A DNA stretch of 63,788 nucleotides, filler included, from Cercozoa sp. M6MM (GCA_040357565.1; 11 parts of 11 records of this genome joined end to end with filler, not necessarily neighbours in it); one strand, 5' to 3'. Positions 24,494 to 37,798 are shown, counted from the whole stretch's first letter. Notes: generated by a model from the letters alone, not told the origin. Translations and numbers: made by a program.

Positions 24494-26740
24494 AGCCTTG
24501 CTGCGCGCGTGCGAGTGCGCCAGTTGCTGCTGCAGCAGCTGCACGCGATCCTCGAGATTCAGCGCGTGCACCAGCAACTTTCGGAACTCGTCCTGACTCA
24601 TCTCCTTCTGCTTTCAGTACCTCCAATATCAGTACCTCTTCAACAAGTTTGTTTTTTGGAGAAACGCACAGGCAAACGACCGTCCTCATCGAGCAGACCC
24701 AGATTCGCCTGTGTCTGCTGAAGCTCTTGCTCCAACGCCGCGATTCGATCGGCTTTCGCCTGCACTTCCTCCTGCAGCGCCTGCGCCGTCACCTGCTGCT
24801 TGCGCGCTTCCGCCTCCTGCTCGGCCAGCGCGCTGCTTCGCAGTTGCGACAGCTCCTTTTCTGCGCATACCCATCGCATTCTGAGTCAAAGCTTTTCATA
24901 TTTCGAGGCTTTTCATATTTCGAGTCAAAGATTTTCATATTTCGAGTCAAAGCTTTTCATATTTCGAGTCAAAAGCTGTTCATATTTCGAGTCAAAGGTT
25001 TTCAATTTCAAATGAAAGCTATATCAATTTTCAAAGCTTTCAATTCCAAGCGAAAGCCAAAGATGTGCAATTTCGAGTCAAAGCCTTTTGATTTCGAGTC
25101 AAAGCTTTCAAAAATATTGGGCAAAGCTACCGAGTTGCGAAACGAGACAGCGCGCTTCGCGACTGTCAAGCACAGCGGCGTGAACGCGCTTCTCGGCTTC
25201 ATCTTGCGCCAGCTGCGCGGCCTTTTTGTAGCCCTCGCTGCAAAAAAGCAATAATTTCGAAATTTTCGCTTTGTTGTTTCGAAAGCAAAGCTACACTGCA
25301 GCTTCGAGACGAGCCGTTTTCACAGCTTCCTTTTCGAACTTGTCCTGCAAGTCGTCCTGCGAAGCAAGAGGTGTCAGGGAAGTGTAAGAGGGGAGGCAAA
25401 GAGTACAGCTTGGCGCATAGCGTCGTCGAGAGCGTTTTGCAACTCCGTGGCGCTGCCAGATTTCGCCGCAGCGCGCTTCGTCGCGTTTTCGGCGTCCTTG
25501 CGCGCTTTCTTCTCGCGCGCGACGTCGGCTTCGAGTCGCTCGATGCGCGCACGCAACTCGTCGTTCTCGTTGCGCAGCTTTGCCGCGTCTTTCTCGGCCT
25601 TCTCTGCCTGCGAAAGCAAAAACCAAAAAGTGAAAAGCGAAGAAAACGAGATAAGTGAAGTGAATGAACGCGTAAGCGAAGTAAAAAATGAAGTGGAAGC
25701 AAAATAGCCGAAAGCCAAATAGCGAAAGCGAAGTAGCGAAAGCGAAGTAGCGAAAGTGAAAGCGAAAGCGAAGTAGCGAAAGCGAAGTAGCGAAAGTGAA
25801 AGCGAAAGCGAAGTAGCGAAAGTGAAAGCGAAAGCGAAAAGCGAAAGAGTTTGTACATCGGCGCGAGCGCGCGAGACAGCGCCATCGGCTTGCTTCTGCG
25901 CTTTCGCGGTTTTCTGCGCGGCGAGTTTCTTGGCATGATTGGATGCTATCTTGGCTGCTGCTTCGACCTTCTTCGCTTCGGCTTCAGCTTCAGCTTGCTT
26001 CTTCGCCTCAGCTTCAGCTTCAGCTTGCTTTTTCGCCTCAGCTTCAGCTTGCTTCTTCGCTTCAGCTTCAGCTTCGGCCTGCTTCGCGGTATCTTTTTGC
26101 TTCACTTGAATCGTCTCTTCATCTTCGGCCTCTTTGCTTTCCTCTTCGACCTGCGGCTCAGCTTCGACCTGCTTCGGCTCAGCTTCGACCTGCTTCGGCT
26201 CAGCTTCGACCTGCTTCGGCTCAGCTTCGACCTGCTTCGGCTCATTTTCGATTTGCTTCGACTCAGCTTCCGCCTGCTTCGGCTCTTCGTCCGCTTGCGT
26301 CGACTCTGCTTCGACCGTTGCGCCTGCTTCGACCCGCTTCGGCTCTGGCTTCGGCTCAGCTTCAACCCGCTTCGGCTCTTCTTCGACACTCTTCTTGGTC
26401 TTGGCAGGTCCTCGGGGACGATCCAGAGTCTAGGGGTTCAAATAAAAACACACCTCTCGGAGGAAGGCCAAAAATAACAGCTGTTACCGGATGACTCAAC
26501 TCTGGCGACTGCTCGTCTTGCTTCTTCTTGTTCTTGTTCTTCTTGCGGTTCTTCTTCTTCTTCTTGGGAGGCGCTCCACCTGACCAAACAACGGGTTGCT
26601 CTTTTGATTTTGAACGCGTGGAGGATTAATGGGTCACCAAAAGGAGATCGCACGAAGTGCAACATAGAATTACCTGGGACAGGCATCGGGATTCCTCCCT
26701 GTGCAGCCAGTTTCGCCTGAAGATCGTTGACGTTGCTCAT
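24494..26740 (-). CDS. Coiled-coil protein with EPKQVEA and AEAEAKKQ repeats; 3' truncated
   Basis: MSNVNDLQAKLAAQGGIPMPVP, a Lys-rich tract, 7-aa and 8/10-aa tandem repeats, then heptad-rich exons. Confidence 0.75.
24880..25110 (-). repeat. Intronic TTTCGAGTCAAAGCTTTTCATA minisatellite
   Basis: Degenerate ~22-bp units within an intron of the coiled-coil gene. Confidence 0.85.
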
Positions 26741-26987
26741 TGGGTGCACTACCTTGGCGTCGAAAAGTACTCAATTGGCTGAGCCTGAGCACTGTTTTAC
26801 TGTAAGTTTGCACAACACACGCACGTGGATAGTTCGATGGCTCTCAGTGGCCGGGCCAAGACGACCACAGAACGCTGGTGCACAGTGACTGGAAAATAAA
26901 AAAACGGGTCCTTAAATAAAATGCCATTTGAGAGGCTGTTCGGCCAAGCCATAGTACTGACGTGTGTGTGCAGGTGTGGTTTAGCCG

Positions 26988-28606
26988 ATGCCACGAGGCT
27001 ATCAGTCTTTGGAAGAGCGGTCACCAGAAAATATGGCCACACCATCCAGTCGCAATCGATTGCCTGCAGCGAGGCCCTACCAGTCCAGTAGAGGGCAGCA
27101 CAGTGTCAGACAGGTATGTTTTGCAAAATGATCGCTTTCATTGTGCTCCCAAATGAAATTGTGCCTTTTTGTGGCCTGTTCGCAGCAGGGAGGTCCGCAA
27201 GCGAACAATCTCAACAACGGAAATGGTCAGAACGTGATGCGTCCGGTACGTTTTCGTCGCTTTTTGAAGTTTGCGGTGGAAAAGCGGACTGTTGGTGCCA
27301 CAGGCGCGACCAAACACGGAACACGCGATTGATGTCGTCGGCAGTGGCAACCAGGCTCGTGCTTTGGGACAGGGCATTGCTCCGAGTGACATCTACCCGC
27401 CACTGTACAAGGTACACTAACTGCACAAAGCAAAGGAGGACCGAAAGGATTAGACTGTGCTGTTTTTGCAGGTGTTTATGCCAGAGTTCGACAAGCACAC
27501 TTTCATTTTCATGATCACGTGTGTGCAACTCGTGATGATGGTGGTAACTTTGCATTTTCCTTGCCTTTCACTTTGTTTGCACATGCATATTGGTGTCTAT
27601 GTCTGCTGCTAGGTAACATTTATTGTGGGCGCTTTCAACGATGGCGCGTTCGTTCGCGAGAATTCGTCGGCCGGTCCGTCGACGTGCACCTTTGATAAGA
27701 TGGGAGGCAAGCACACGGCCAAGATCCAGTCGGGTCAAGTGCACCGCCTCGTGGTCCCGATCGTGCTGCACGCTGGTCTGCTGCACATCTTCATGAACTT
27801 GCTTTTCCAGGTGTGTTCTCTTGTTCTTTCCTTCCTTTCTTTCCTTTCTTTCCTTTCTTTCTTTCCTTTCTTTCTTTCCTTCCTTTCTTTCCTTTCTTTC
27901 TTTCCTTTCTTTCTTTCCTTTCTTGCTTGCTTTCTTTCCTTCCTGTCTTTCCTTTCGTTCGTTTCTTTCTCTTCCTTTCTTTCTCTTTCTCCCGTCCGTT
28001 GATGTTCTGTTAATTGTGCATTCTCCTCAGGGCATGTTTGGCTACCGGTACGAGCATCTGTGGGGCACACGGCGCACGGCGCTGCTCTACGTGGTCGCAG
28101 GCATCGGCGGGTCCGTCCTGAGTGCGTTCGGCGACCCGAATACAGTTTCGGTGGGTGCTTCCGGCGCGCTCTTTGGCCTGCTTGGCGGACAGCTCGCCTA
28201 CATTGTTCTCAACTACCGCGAGATGCGAGGTTGGGGTACAATCTATCGACACTCCCTTTTGTTATGTGTGCGTAAACATGAGGTATCGTGCTGTAGGCAT
28301 GCAACTCTGCAACCTCGTGTTTATCATCTTCATCAACTTCTTGATTTCGCTCAACTCGGACAATATCGACAACTACGCTCATCTCGGCGGTCTCGTCGTT
28401 GGCTTCTTGTTCCAGCTGTAACCCCTTCCCTTTGCTCCGTGTGCTGTGCTTTGCATATGCTTATCTGTGTTAGTTTCCTGAGCCAAACGCGTTCAACCTT
28501 GTCGCCCGCATGGCTCAAGCACGCCGGCCTCATTGGCACGATCGCCTTCATGGCCACCTTTGGCGCACTCACCTTCACTGTCAAGGCGCAACGTCTTTGC
28601 AATTAA
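26988..28606 (+). CDS. Rhomboid intramembrane serine protease with catalytic residues intact; multi-exon
   Basis: HRLVVPIVLHAGLLHIFMNL, catalytic VGASG and IDNYAHLGG, multiple TM helices. Stop TAA at 28604-28606. Confidence 0.93.
27826..27990 (+). repeat. Intronic (TTTC/TTCC)n pyrimidine tract in the rhomboid gene
   Basis: Visible directly. Confidence 0.9.
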
Positions 28607-28999
28607 ACACAACTGGGGAAGGCTCGACCTGTTCTGTCCATTGCTTTTGCGTGGAGCTTGAGATTAGTTTGCGTTGGGTCATGAGCGGCTGAGCCTCATG
28701 CAGGGAGGCAGTGCGTTGTTTTGTGGCTTCTTAGATATCTAGCTCGCTTCTCCTGTCCTGATTTATTACATGTAACACTGGGCGTAACAGACCGGCCTGT
28801 TCCCGTACAGATTCTGTACGGCTCGGCGAAAGAATGAGACTGAAAATGACCGCAAGCATCGGGTCAGAACAGGTCCCAGTTTGTCCCGAGTGTGCGCGTT
28901 TGTTGTTTGCAATACTGTAGCGCCCTTGAAAAACTGCCCACTATCCACCCAAATTAAAGACTAAGTCCTGCTCCCAAACTGAAATCCCAAAACAATGAG

Positions 29000-29255
29000 C
29001 TGTTTGCTTCGTGTGATGTTGACAGACACTCAAGTCCAAGAAGCAGCTGTCCTGGCTCGGCTTGAGGAACTTCTCACAGGAGGCCCCGCGAGCCTGAGTA
29101 CGCCTTGGGACGCGAGTCGCATCCAGGCGTTGAACATTTGCACTCAGTCAACATCTGGGTGTCCTGAGTCGTGCAGTCGGTGGAGTTCACTGAGGCAGTG
29201 GAGAAACTCGCAGGTATCTAGCCGTTTCCAGTAGTAAATTATTTTCATACATATC

Positions 29256-29287
<32 letters not shown>

Positions 29288-29981
29288 TATATATAATATT
29301 AATTACTGTACTGGTATCCTGTTTGACTGGTGTTCTCTTCTGGCAGTGGAAAACTCGCACTCGATCTGTCAAACGCTGCTACAACCTTTGCGGCAAGTGT
29401 TGCGCCACGGTACGCAGGTGCGAGTTTACTACGGTCAGTGTAGATTGCCGATATGCCACCTGAGTGACAATGCATGATTAAATTGCAGCGCTGCTTTTGA
29501 CGAAAGGTCCAGGTGTCCGTCCAGATCACCGGTTGTTAGGACTCAATGGGAAGTCTCAAATCTTGAGTGGACGGGTGCACAAGAGTGGCTGCAGCCGCTG
29601 TTCGATCAAACCTTCTTGGAGCAGATTCGACGAGTCAGCAGTAAAAATGGACTATATTTTTACTTTTGTTCACTTGCAAATGGCCAACGTGCAGTGTCTT
29701 CCATCAAAACCAATGTCAGTTCGTATCGAAAAAAGACGCTTGATCTTGCAACCAAGAGCTTTTCTGGTAAAATTGCGTATTTTACTAATAAATTCATTAG
29801 CTGCAAACAAGGACAGCCGATGGACCAAACAGGACACTGCTACGTTGCGAGAAGAAAAAGAGATGGAACTGCTCACAGCGGCTCCGATGCACAAATTCTG
29901 GAAAGAGGAAGCCTTTGGAAACGACTTTGAACACGCTGTTCAAGACCGAACGGGTACCGATAGTACGGAAAATAAAATGAT
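29000..29981 (-). CDS. Possible 3' part of an unidentified minus-strand gene
   Basis: (CA)n at the contig end has the orientation seen in minus-strand introns. Short exons splice in phase (IILFSVLS|NLCIGAAVSSSISFSSRN|LMNLLVKYAILPEKLL). The 3' end is unresolved. Confidence 0.3.
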
Positions 29982-30023
<42 letters not shown>

Positions 30024-30171
30024 NNNNNNNNNNNNNNNNNNNNNNNNNNNNNNNNNNNNNNNNNNNNTTAATTAATTAANNNNNNNNNNNNNNNNNNNNN
30101 NNNNNNNNNNNNNNNNNNNNNNNACACACACACACACCACCACCACCACCACCACCACCATGATACAACAA

Positions 30172-30293
30172 ACCTCGTCACGTTCTTCTTGCTCAGGCGG
30201 CTGCGCGACAGGTCCAATATCGGCAGCAGGAGCGTCGTCTTCCCAGTCATCTGCAAAGGACAGGCATTGTCGCACCTTTGACACGGCAAGCAG

Positions 30294-30343
<50 letters not shown>

Positions 30344-30353
30344 NNNNNNNNNN

Positions 30354-30405
<52 letters not shown>

Positions 30406-31341
30406 AGGGCATGAGTAAGAGAGAGCGAGAAATGCGCGCACCGTGCACCGAGCCTGCGACGCCCCAGCGAGCGCCATTCTCTCCCACCGGCACGTCCATC
30501 TGCTCAGTCACACATCAACTCAAACATACAGCGTGCTGACAGACTTAAAAAGTGAGAAGCAAGTCAAGGTATCAGGGTGCATGTCTTCTTTACCTCGTGG
30601 GAAACCGTAGTGCCACTCGTCGCTGTCACACAACGAGCACATGTCGGAGCATTCACAAAGCACACAGAGCAGATGCCGACATGTAGAACGTAACACTCTA
30701 AACGTACCTGACACGGAACGCCGGTTCGCAAGCAACGGGTCGTTCTCGGGATCGTCGTCCGTTAGGTTCTCAGCCACTGCCGCGACAACCACATCACAGG
30801 AGCACCAAGGAACAGGAAAGGGAGAGAACGCACCAGGGTTGTCGCTGCTCGAGGTGATGTCTGCGAGGCACACAGGCCATCAAGGAAGGAAGCAACAACA
30901 ACCAAGTCAGCCAAGAACACAGTGGACAGAGGGACGGAGGCACCAAAGCGAGGTGCACTGCCATCGCTGCTACTGTTGTCATCGTCAGTGCTCGTGTCGG
31001 CAGAGTCTGTCAACGTAGCACACATGTCAGAAGTAAGTGGAAGCACTCACTGTAGACAGCAGGTGAACTACCGTCATTGTCCAAGTCGCTGTCAGCGTGA
31101 CTCAGTGCTCTGTGCACAAATTGACGTACCACAGCGGTGAAAGGAAACACAGCGTGCATGCAGGTACCCTTCAAGGTGGGACAGCACTTCCTGCACCGTG
31201 CCGCGGCATAGTGGCTGCGGGTTCAGCAGACTCTCCAGTGCGCGCACTAGTTGCGGTGCCTCTGCCTCCAGCAGTGCCACGCTGTCACGAGGCACGGCGT
31301 GTCGCCACAGCCAGAACTCCGACAGCTGCATCATTGCACAT

Positions 31342-31402
<61 letters not shown>

Positions 31403-33420
31403 TATACAGACACACAGTGACACTGCGACAGAGTGAGACAGAGAACGTACGCCATCCACCTCGTCCTCGATCGAGGTGCCGGCGCCGTCCACGTGCAGGA
31501 GTCGTGCCCACAAGGAGAGCTGCAGTTCCTCGCAGCGACGCAGTTCTTCCAGTTCCTCGTCTATGCGCGCACACAACATCAAGCATACATACAATCATGT
31601 GCTACCACCATAAGTAGGAACAGTACCTTCATCAGCCAGCTCAACATAGTCGCCGCAGTGGCTTCCTCCCACTCCGAACAGCATCGACCGAAGCACCGCT
31701 CCCGCAACACCCACCAGCATTCCCAACAACAATACCTTGCACCTCTATTTTTGTTTCTACGTATAGTGGGGAGGGGGACGGGGAGGGGTACCCATCGAGA
31801 AACCGTCGGACAGGGCCGATCGAAGCCCAAGGGCAGCAGCCTCCGGGGCACAGTATCCCGGCGTGAAGCCTGTGTCAGCAGCACACACAGCCCCTTGCCC
31901 CTCATTCACAATCAGACATCCCACACTAGTACAGAGCGAGTACACGGAGGCTGCTCGTGCGACGAGAATGGCTCGCGAAGCACGCGCAACATTGGCAGCA
32001 GCGTGTCCTCCTCGTCAGTACTAGCAACACGCAGACAGACATGCACCACCAAGGCGCGCTCACAACATACAGTACGATGCTAGTGTACTCATAGTCAAGC
32101 CGGGCCTGTCGCAGTCGGTGCGTCAAGTCGCGAGCACTCTGTGCGCCGCTGGTCAGCAAATGAGCTGCCTCGCATCCCTTCACACATGCACACACAAAAC
32201 GGTGGACACAAGTAAACTTAAATTGACAAACACAGTGCACGCACCTTTGGGTGCAGGCGAGAACGACCGCCCAGGGAAGCTTCTCCGTAGTCTATGAGCG
32301 TCGCATGAATGCTGCCTGACTCCGTCTGCACAGAGACAAGCGTTAGTAGCACAACATTGCTGATGCACAGCATATGACTACTGGCACATACCTGATGGAA
32401 CAGCTCAAAGAACTCGCCGAGAGAGGCGCATGCTTCTATGCGATCGCAGACAGTGTCGTCACTCGAGGAAAACATGAGATTGCCCGGCGCAATGTCATTG
32501 TGCAGTATCTCGTTCTCGTGCAGTCGCTTCACCAGTTGGCAGACCGGCGTCATCAGTGCCACAGTCGCTCGGGCGGCTCGCTTTACTTCCTCCTCGTTTG
32601 CTGCAAGCACACAGTACATAGTATGCACACACACGAACCAACAAAGCACTACGAGAACATACCGAATGGCGTCGTGTTGGCCAAGAGTTGTTGCAGCGAA
32701 CAGCCGCGCACCCGCTCGACGGCAATCGCAGTGTTCGTGTTGTCTGTGCCAGTGCTCGTGTTGTCGGGGATGGCAACTTCGACACGTTCCACAGGCACGT
32801 CGTTCTGCACGCACAAGCCCAGGCACACTCATGTCAGACAAAATCCATGCACGCACAAGGAACCAACAACGAGTACCTGTTGCAGAGAGGCCACACGTGT
32901 CTCCAAATCGCCTTGCAAGACACCGGTGGCGAGTACGGGCACAGTGCCCACAGGGGTGACCGTGTGCCGCCTGTCACATTAACACACGCGCGCGTGCATC
33001 ATACGCCATGATTCTGGGCACCCCAACAAGGACACAAGGTACGACAAATCGTCAGCGGCCAGTCGTTCGGCGGCTCGTGTCGCCTCTAGTTCTAGTTTCA
33101 GCGTCTCGGACGCCTGGGCACCGGTTCGACAGAGTTCTCGGTCCCTGTTGCACATAAATAGAGAGAATACGGCAAAACTGAATGAACACAAACGAGGCAC
33201 AGCGTACCACTGCTGGTTGAAGAGCTCGAGTGCTTTGAACCACACGTCGGCAAGACGTGCACAGTTCACAGAGTTATCGATGAGTTTCTGGACGTGATCG
33301 CGAGGAATGGTCTGGTCGACGAGGGCAGCACGCACGTCCTCGGCGCTTCGCACCATCTCGCTCACCTTCTCGGTCAGGTGCGCTTGGAATTTCTCGTACT
33401 CGGCGGCATTCACCCTGTGT

Positions 33421-33459
<39 letters not shown>

Positions 33460-33605
33460 GCGCGCGCGTGTGTGTGTATGCGGTGTGTATGCAACGACAC
33501 GGCCAAACAGAAACGGAGCAAAGCAAGCGTACTCGCACACGCGGCGTTGGCTAAAGCGCACGTTCGGCGCCTTGACAACGCAAGTTTTGTCTTCCACTGC
33601 CACAG
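30172..33605 (-). CDS. Atypical protein kinase-domain protein with N-terminal coiled coil; both ends truncated or uncertain
   Basis: Hinge AIAVERVRGCSLQQLL, catalytic loop LHNDIAPGNLM, LIDYG, TGFTPGYCAPE, SDGFSMG and LLNPQPLCR. Confidence 0.75.
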
Positions 33606-34688
33606 CACACAGATATGAGTGAGTGATNNNNNNNNNNNNNNNNNNNNNNNNNNNNNNNNNNNNNNNNNNNNTTAATTAATTAANNNNNNNNNNNNNNNNN
33701 NNNNNNNNNNNNNNNNNNNNNNNNNNNAGCAGCAGCAGCAGGTGCTTCTCATGCTCACACGACGGCCCAGGGCCTGCAGGCGTTGGCGCCGTCTCGTTGT
33801 CACGGGGTGCACGCAGGCACCCGAAGAGGTTGCGCAGGAAAGTCTGCGCACACGCACACAGAGACAGAGACAGAGACTCGTGAATGCACTGACTGTATAA
33901 AGACAAAACAAAAGACAGAAAACGACGGGCCAAAACAAAAACGACAAAAGTGAAGTGGACTCTCGGAGCAGCCCAGAAACCACTCCCACAGTGCATCGAC
34001 GCACCAAACAACAGTGTTGCACAGTGAAACGCAGGCACACAGAAAACTCACCATTTCACAAAGCGCAAAAAAGCGTTCTTATAGTGCACAGTGCACTCTG
34101 GCGTTCGGTAGTTTCTCGTATCACAAGTCTCAAACTCACACAATGCGTGGTGAAAGAAGGGGCCAATTTTTTGTACAAATCGCGTGCCGAGCACTCACAT
34201 GGCTACACCGGAATCCATCCGACCTTCCAAGGTGTGCCAGAGTGTCACTACACTCGCCCCATCACGCTGCACACACCCACTTGAAACGCCCAGAAGCCGC
34301 GCCCACAGCAAGAACGTGCTTAGATTAGATGTGGGACGTGTGCAGCGGGCTCTCAAAACTGCACAAAAGCCGTTGCACACCTCCCGACGTGCTCTCGAGC
34401 TGCAACAAAAATCAAGTTTGCAAACAAAATCAGTCACTCGGTGCGCGTTTCTCCACCCACAGCGCCGGTGACTAGTGACACTTTTGTGGGCAGTCCTGAG
34501 ATTCCACTAGTATTTCCTGCCTAATAGACGTGCCTAAACCTCTAATTGCGCTCAGCGAGATCGGGAACACCGGAACAGGTATTTTTGGCTAAAACTGACA
34601 ACTTAAGCGAGTTATAACTTTGTTTGCTGCTGTGTGCGGCTGTGTGCTAGTTGACAGTTAGTTAGCAGCGCTACTTGTACCGGCAATA

Positions 34689-35730
34689 CTAGATCCAGAA
34701 CATCTCGACGAGGTCGGCGATGCGTGAGCGGATGGCCTGGTAGACCTGCAGCACGTCGTCCAGCTGCCGCGACTGCTCGGCGTGTTGCGCTTGCAGACGC
34801 TTGAGTGCCTATAGTGATCCAGCACACACCCATATATCCAGGGGACTGTGTGACAGAAGGCAAGGGCCCACCTCGGCGGCGTCGAGTGCCTGCTGTCGCC
34901 TGGCTGATGCGGAGAACTGGAGCGACGCGAAGCAGCGCAACAGCAAGTCAGTGTCACGCGCAATGTGATGTCTGGCCAGCTCAGTTTGCGCCTTGGCGAT
35001 CTCGCGGCAGTGTCGCGTATAGATGCCGCGGCATTCGAGAACCTTCTCGAGTGTCTTCCACATGAGTGCACGTCGCTCTCGAGCCTATACATAGGGGCAT
35101 ACTATTAGACTCAGACATCGCGGTAAGGGTACACACACCTGCGCAAGGTGTGCATCGATGTCATCTTTCTGGGCAAAGTGCAGTTCTGCCGCCGTTGAAG
35201 CTGAGCGCTTCGCCGTGGCGGCCTTCTGTGCGAGCTCGTCCAGCTGCACTCGTACTTGCGACTCCTGCAACAGGGGGGGGGGGGGGGGGGCAAGTTGGAA
35301 AAAGGGTTAAGGAGGGTAAAGAGGGGGTAAAGAGGGGGTAAAATTCAAGCCACCTCTTGCTGTGCCTGCTCGAGAGCGTGCTGAAAGTGCGTCAGTTCCT
35401 CCTGCAGCAGTTGCGACAGCGGCGCCACGTGTCGCTGCTGCGAGTGCACCGTCTCCTTGGCCAGCACCGTGGTCGACCGGTGAAACTCGGCCAGCCAACC
35501 GCACACGATCTCGAGGTTTCGCACCACCTGCAGTCACACATGACATAACACATCACACATGACATAACACAAGACATCACACATGACATAACATAAACAC
35601 AACCGACCACTTCGACCTCGTCAGCCTCGGTATCGTCAATGAGCGACAGTGAGTGCCGGTGTTGTGTTGGACTCGTACCTTCTTCGGCACCGTCTCTGAT
35701 ACTCATGTCACGCAGCAAGCGAGGCTCCAA

Positions 35731-35784
<54 letters not shown>

Positions 35785-36014
35785 ATTAATAAGGCATAAT
35801 GTTTGGATACAGAAACACAATTCCCACCGACACATCGACTCCGAGCTTGCGCAGCAGCGACGCCAGCGACTCATTTGTGATCACGCGCTTTGAACGCGCC
35901 GGACAGCTGCATCTGGCGCCCTGCGACGAGTCTGCACGTGGCCACCACCGCACAAATAATCAACAAAAATCATCTTTGTTGTGATGCAACACCAGCAGGT
36001 CGACTCCTGTCCAT
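34689..36014 (-). CDS. Hypothetical helical/coiled-coil protein; 7 exons
   Basis: All exons splice in phase from ATG 36014 to TAG 34689 (…FWI*); amphipathic helical pattern throughout. Confidence 0.65.
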
Positions 36015-36471
36015 GGTCGATCTACCCAATAAAGTTGTGCTTGTAGCTGTTCAAGCAGCAAAACCGCATTCGGATTTTGGGCTCTTCCGGATCCAGAATC
36101 AAAATAATCGAGAGCCCAAACCTTCATCTTCTACGCTCAAACCGGACCCAAGACGCTTGATCAAGTGGTGTTTGGCGCAGGTGTGGTGCACTGATGCTCG
36201 AATTGAGGTAGTAGCCAACTCTGCCATTTCCAGTTGAGGGCATCTCTGTCCAATCGTTGCTTTCCAGTGCGCTAGGGCTTACCCAGGCGTTAATCTGAGC
36301 AATTTTGTGCCTCTAGGGTATGCTTGGGTAGTTTTAGTGAAAGTGGCAGACTGCATAAATCTCTGATTGTGCGGCCACAGTTTTATTTCTTTCATCTTTG
36401 TCGTTTCGCTTGCTTGCAACTGCTGATTTTTTTCTGTTCTTTGGTAAAGACTGACCAAAAGTGTGCATAGG

Positions 36472-37471
36472 ATGGACAAACCCCGCTCCCGGAGCGAGGG
36501 TGTGCCACACGACAGCGTTTCCGGCGACGCTGACGACGAAGATGACGAGGTCGAGTTTGTGCGACTCAATTCGCGGCGTTCGTTGCACCGTGCAGCGTCG
36601 AATCCGAATCTCAGGTCAGTTATACGTGTGAAAGTTTGCTTTAACTTTGATTGAACTGGGTGTCTGTATTGCAGCCAAGGCTACGTGTCGCGGCCGTCGC
36701 TGTCGCAGCGCAGTCGCTGGTGGCAGCAGGACTGGGTGCGACGTGCCAAGCACTACCTCGGCATGGACTCGGCTCTGCCGGCTCCCAGTGGTGCGCACAA
36801 GTACACGACGGCCGATCTGTGGCTACTGGGCCGCTGCTACCAGCGGCAGCACACGCACCGCACCGTGCACATGGAGGACTACAAGCGCGACCTGGCGCGA
36901 CGCAATACCAACTTTCTCATCGACTTCCGCGCGCGTATCTGGATGTCGTACCGCAAGGGTTTCCCACCGCTGCCAAACAGCACGCTCACGACCGATCGCG
37001 GCTGGGGCTGCATGCTACGCACGGCGCAGATGATGCTGGCCAATGCCTTTCTCATGGTAGAGTGGCTGTATGGCTTCCCACGGGGGAGAGTGTATAGCTG
37101 ATGTGGTTTTGGTTTGCTGCAGCATTACGTGGGTCGCAACTGGAGGGGCGAGCCCGACCCGGTGCAGCTGCGTCGCTACTCGCGCATTCTGCACTGGTTC
37201 TGCGACACGCCGAGTCTGGACAGTCCGTACTCGCTGCACAACATGCTGCAGGTGGCGCACCAACACTTCAGCAAACTGCCTGGCACGTGGTTCGGTCCGA
37301 GCGAGGTCTCGTGTGTGCTGCGACACTGCGTCAATGAGCATTCGGAACTCGCCTCGATCTGCGTCGTTGTGGCACAGGATCAGCTGCTCGTTCGTGCCGA
37401 CATTGAGGGTGCCTGCAGACAACCCACTGCTGGTACTTGTGTTCCATGTCAATGTGTGTGTGTGTGTGTCT

Positions 37472-37518
<47 letters not shown>
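36472..37518 (+). CDS. ATG4: Autophagy cysteine protease ATG4, 5' part
   Basis: [22 protein letters not shown], catalytic [25 protein letters not shown] and WFGPS. Confidence 0.96.
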
Positions 37519-37654
37519 NNNNNNNNNNNNNNNNNNNNNNNNNNNNNNNNNNNNNNNNNNNNTTAATTAATTAANNNNNNNNNNNNNNNNNNNNNNNNNN
37601 NNNNNNNNNNNNNNNNNNGTGTGCGGGAGCGTGCAAGTTTGGTGCGGTGCACAG

Positions 37655-37798
37655 AAGGAGGGCCTCAAGCTCATGGCCGAGGGCTCGACGTACGAATTCT
37701 TCCTACCGCCGGAGCTCGCGTTTGGGGAGGAAGGAACCGACAAAATACCGCCGAACGCAAGCGTCATCCACAAGATCGAGTTGATCCAGTTGCTGTAA
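37655..37798 (+). CDS. FKBP-type peptidyl-prolyl isomerase, last exon only
   Basis: KEGLKLMAEGSTYEFFLPPELAFGEEGTDKIPPNASVIHKIELIQLL* matches the FKBP C-terminal half. Confidence 0.85.
   Translation, partial: KEGLKLMAEGSTYEFFLPPELAFGEEGTDKIPPNASVIHKIELIQLL

Noticed and set aside
28995-30023. Plus-strand ORFs 28995-29234 and 29497-30075 as genes
   Set aside because: They have no recognisable motifs, and repeat orientation and splice signals favour a minus-strand gene.
33728-34054. Possible 5' end of a minus-strand gene
   Set aside because: The fragment is too short and its frame ambiguous; no product can be supported.
34561-34610. Possible SL-RNA gene (ccggaacag|gt followed by Sm-like ATTTTTGG)
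   Set aside because: It is a single copy, the Sm-like site directly abuts the donor, and no supporting stem-loops are evident; not supportable without leader sequence data.
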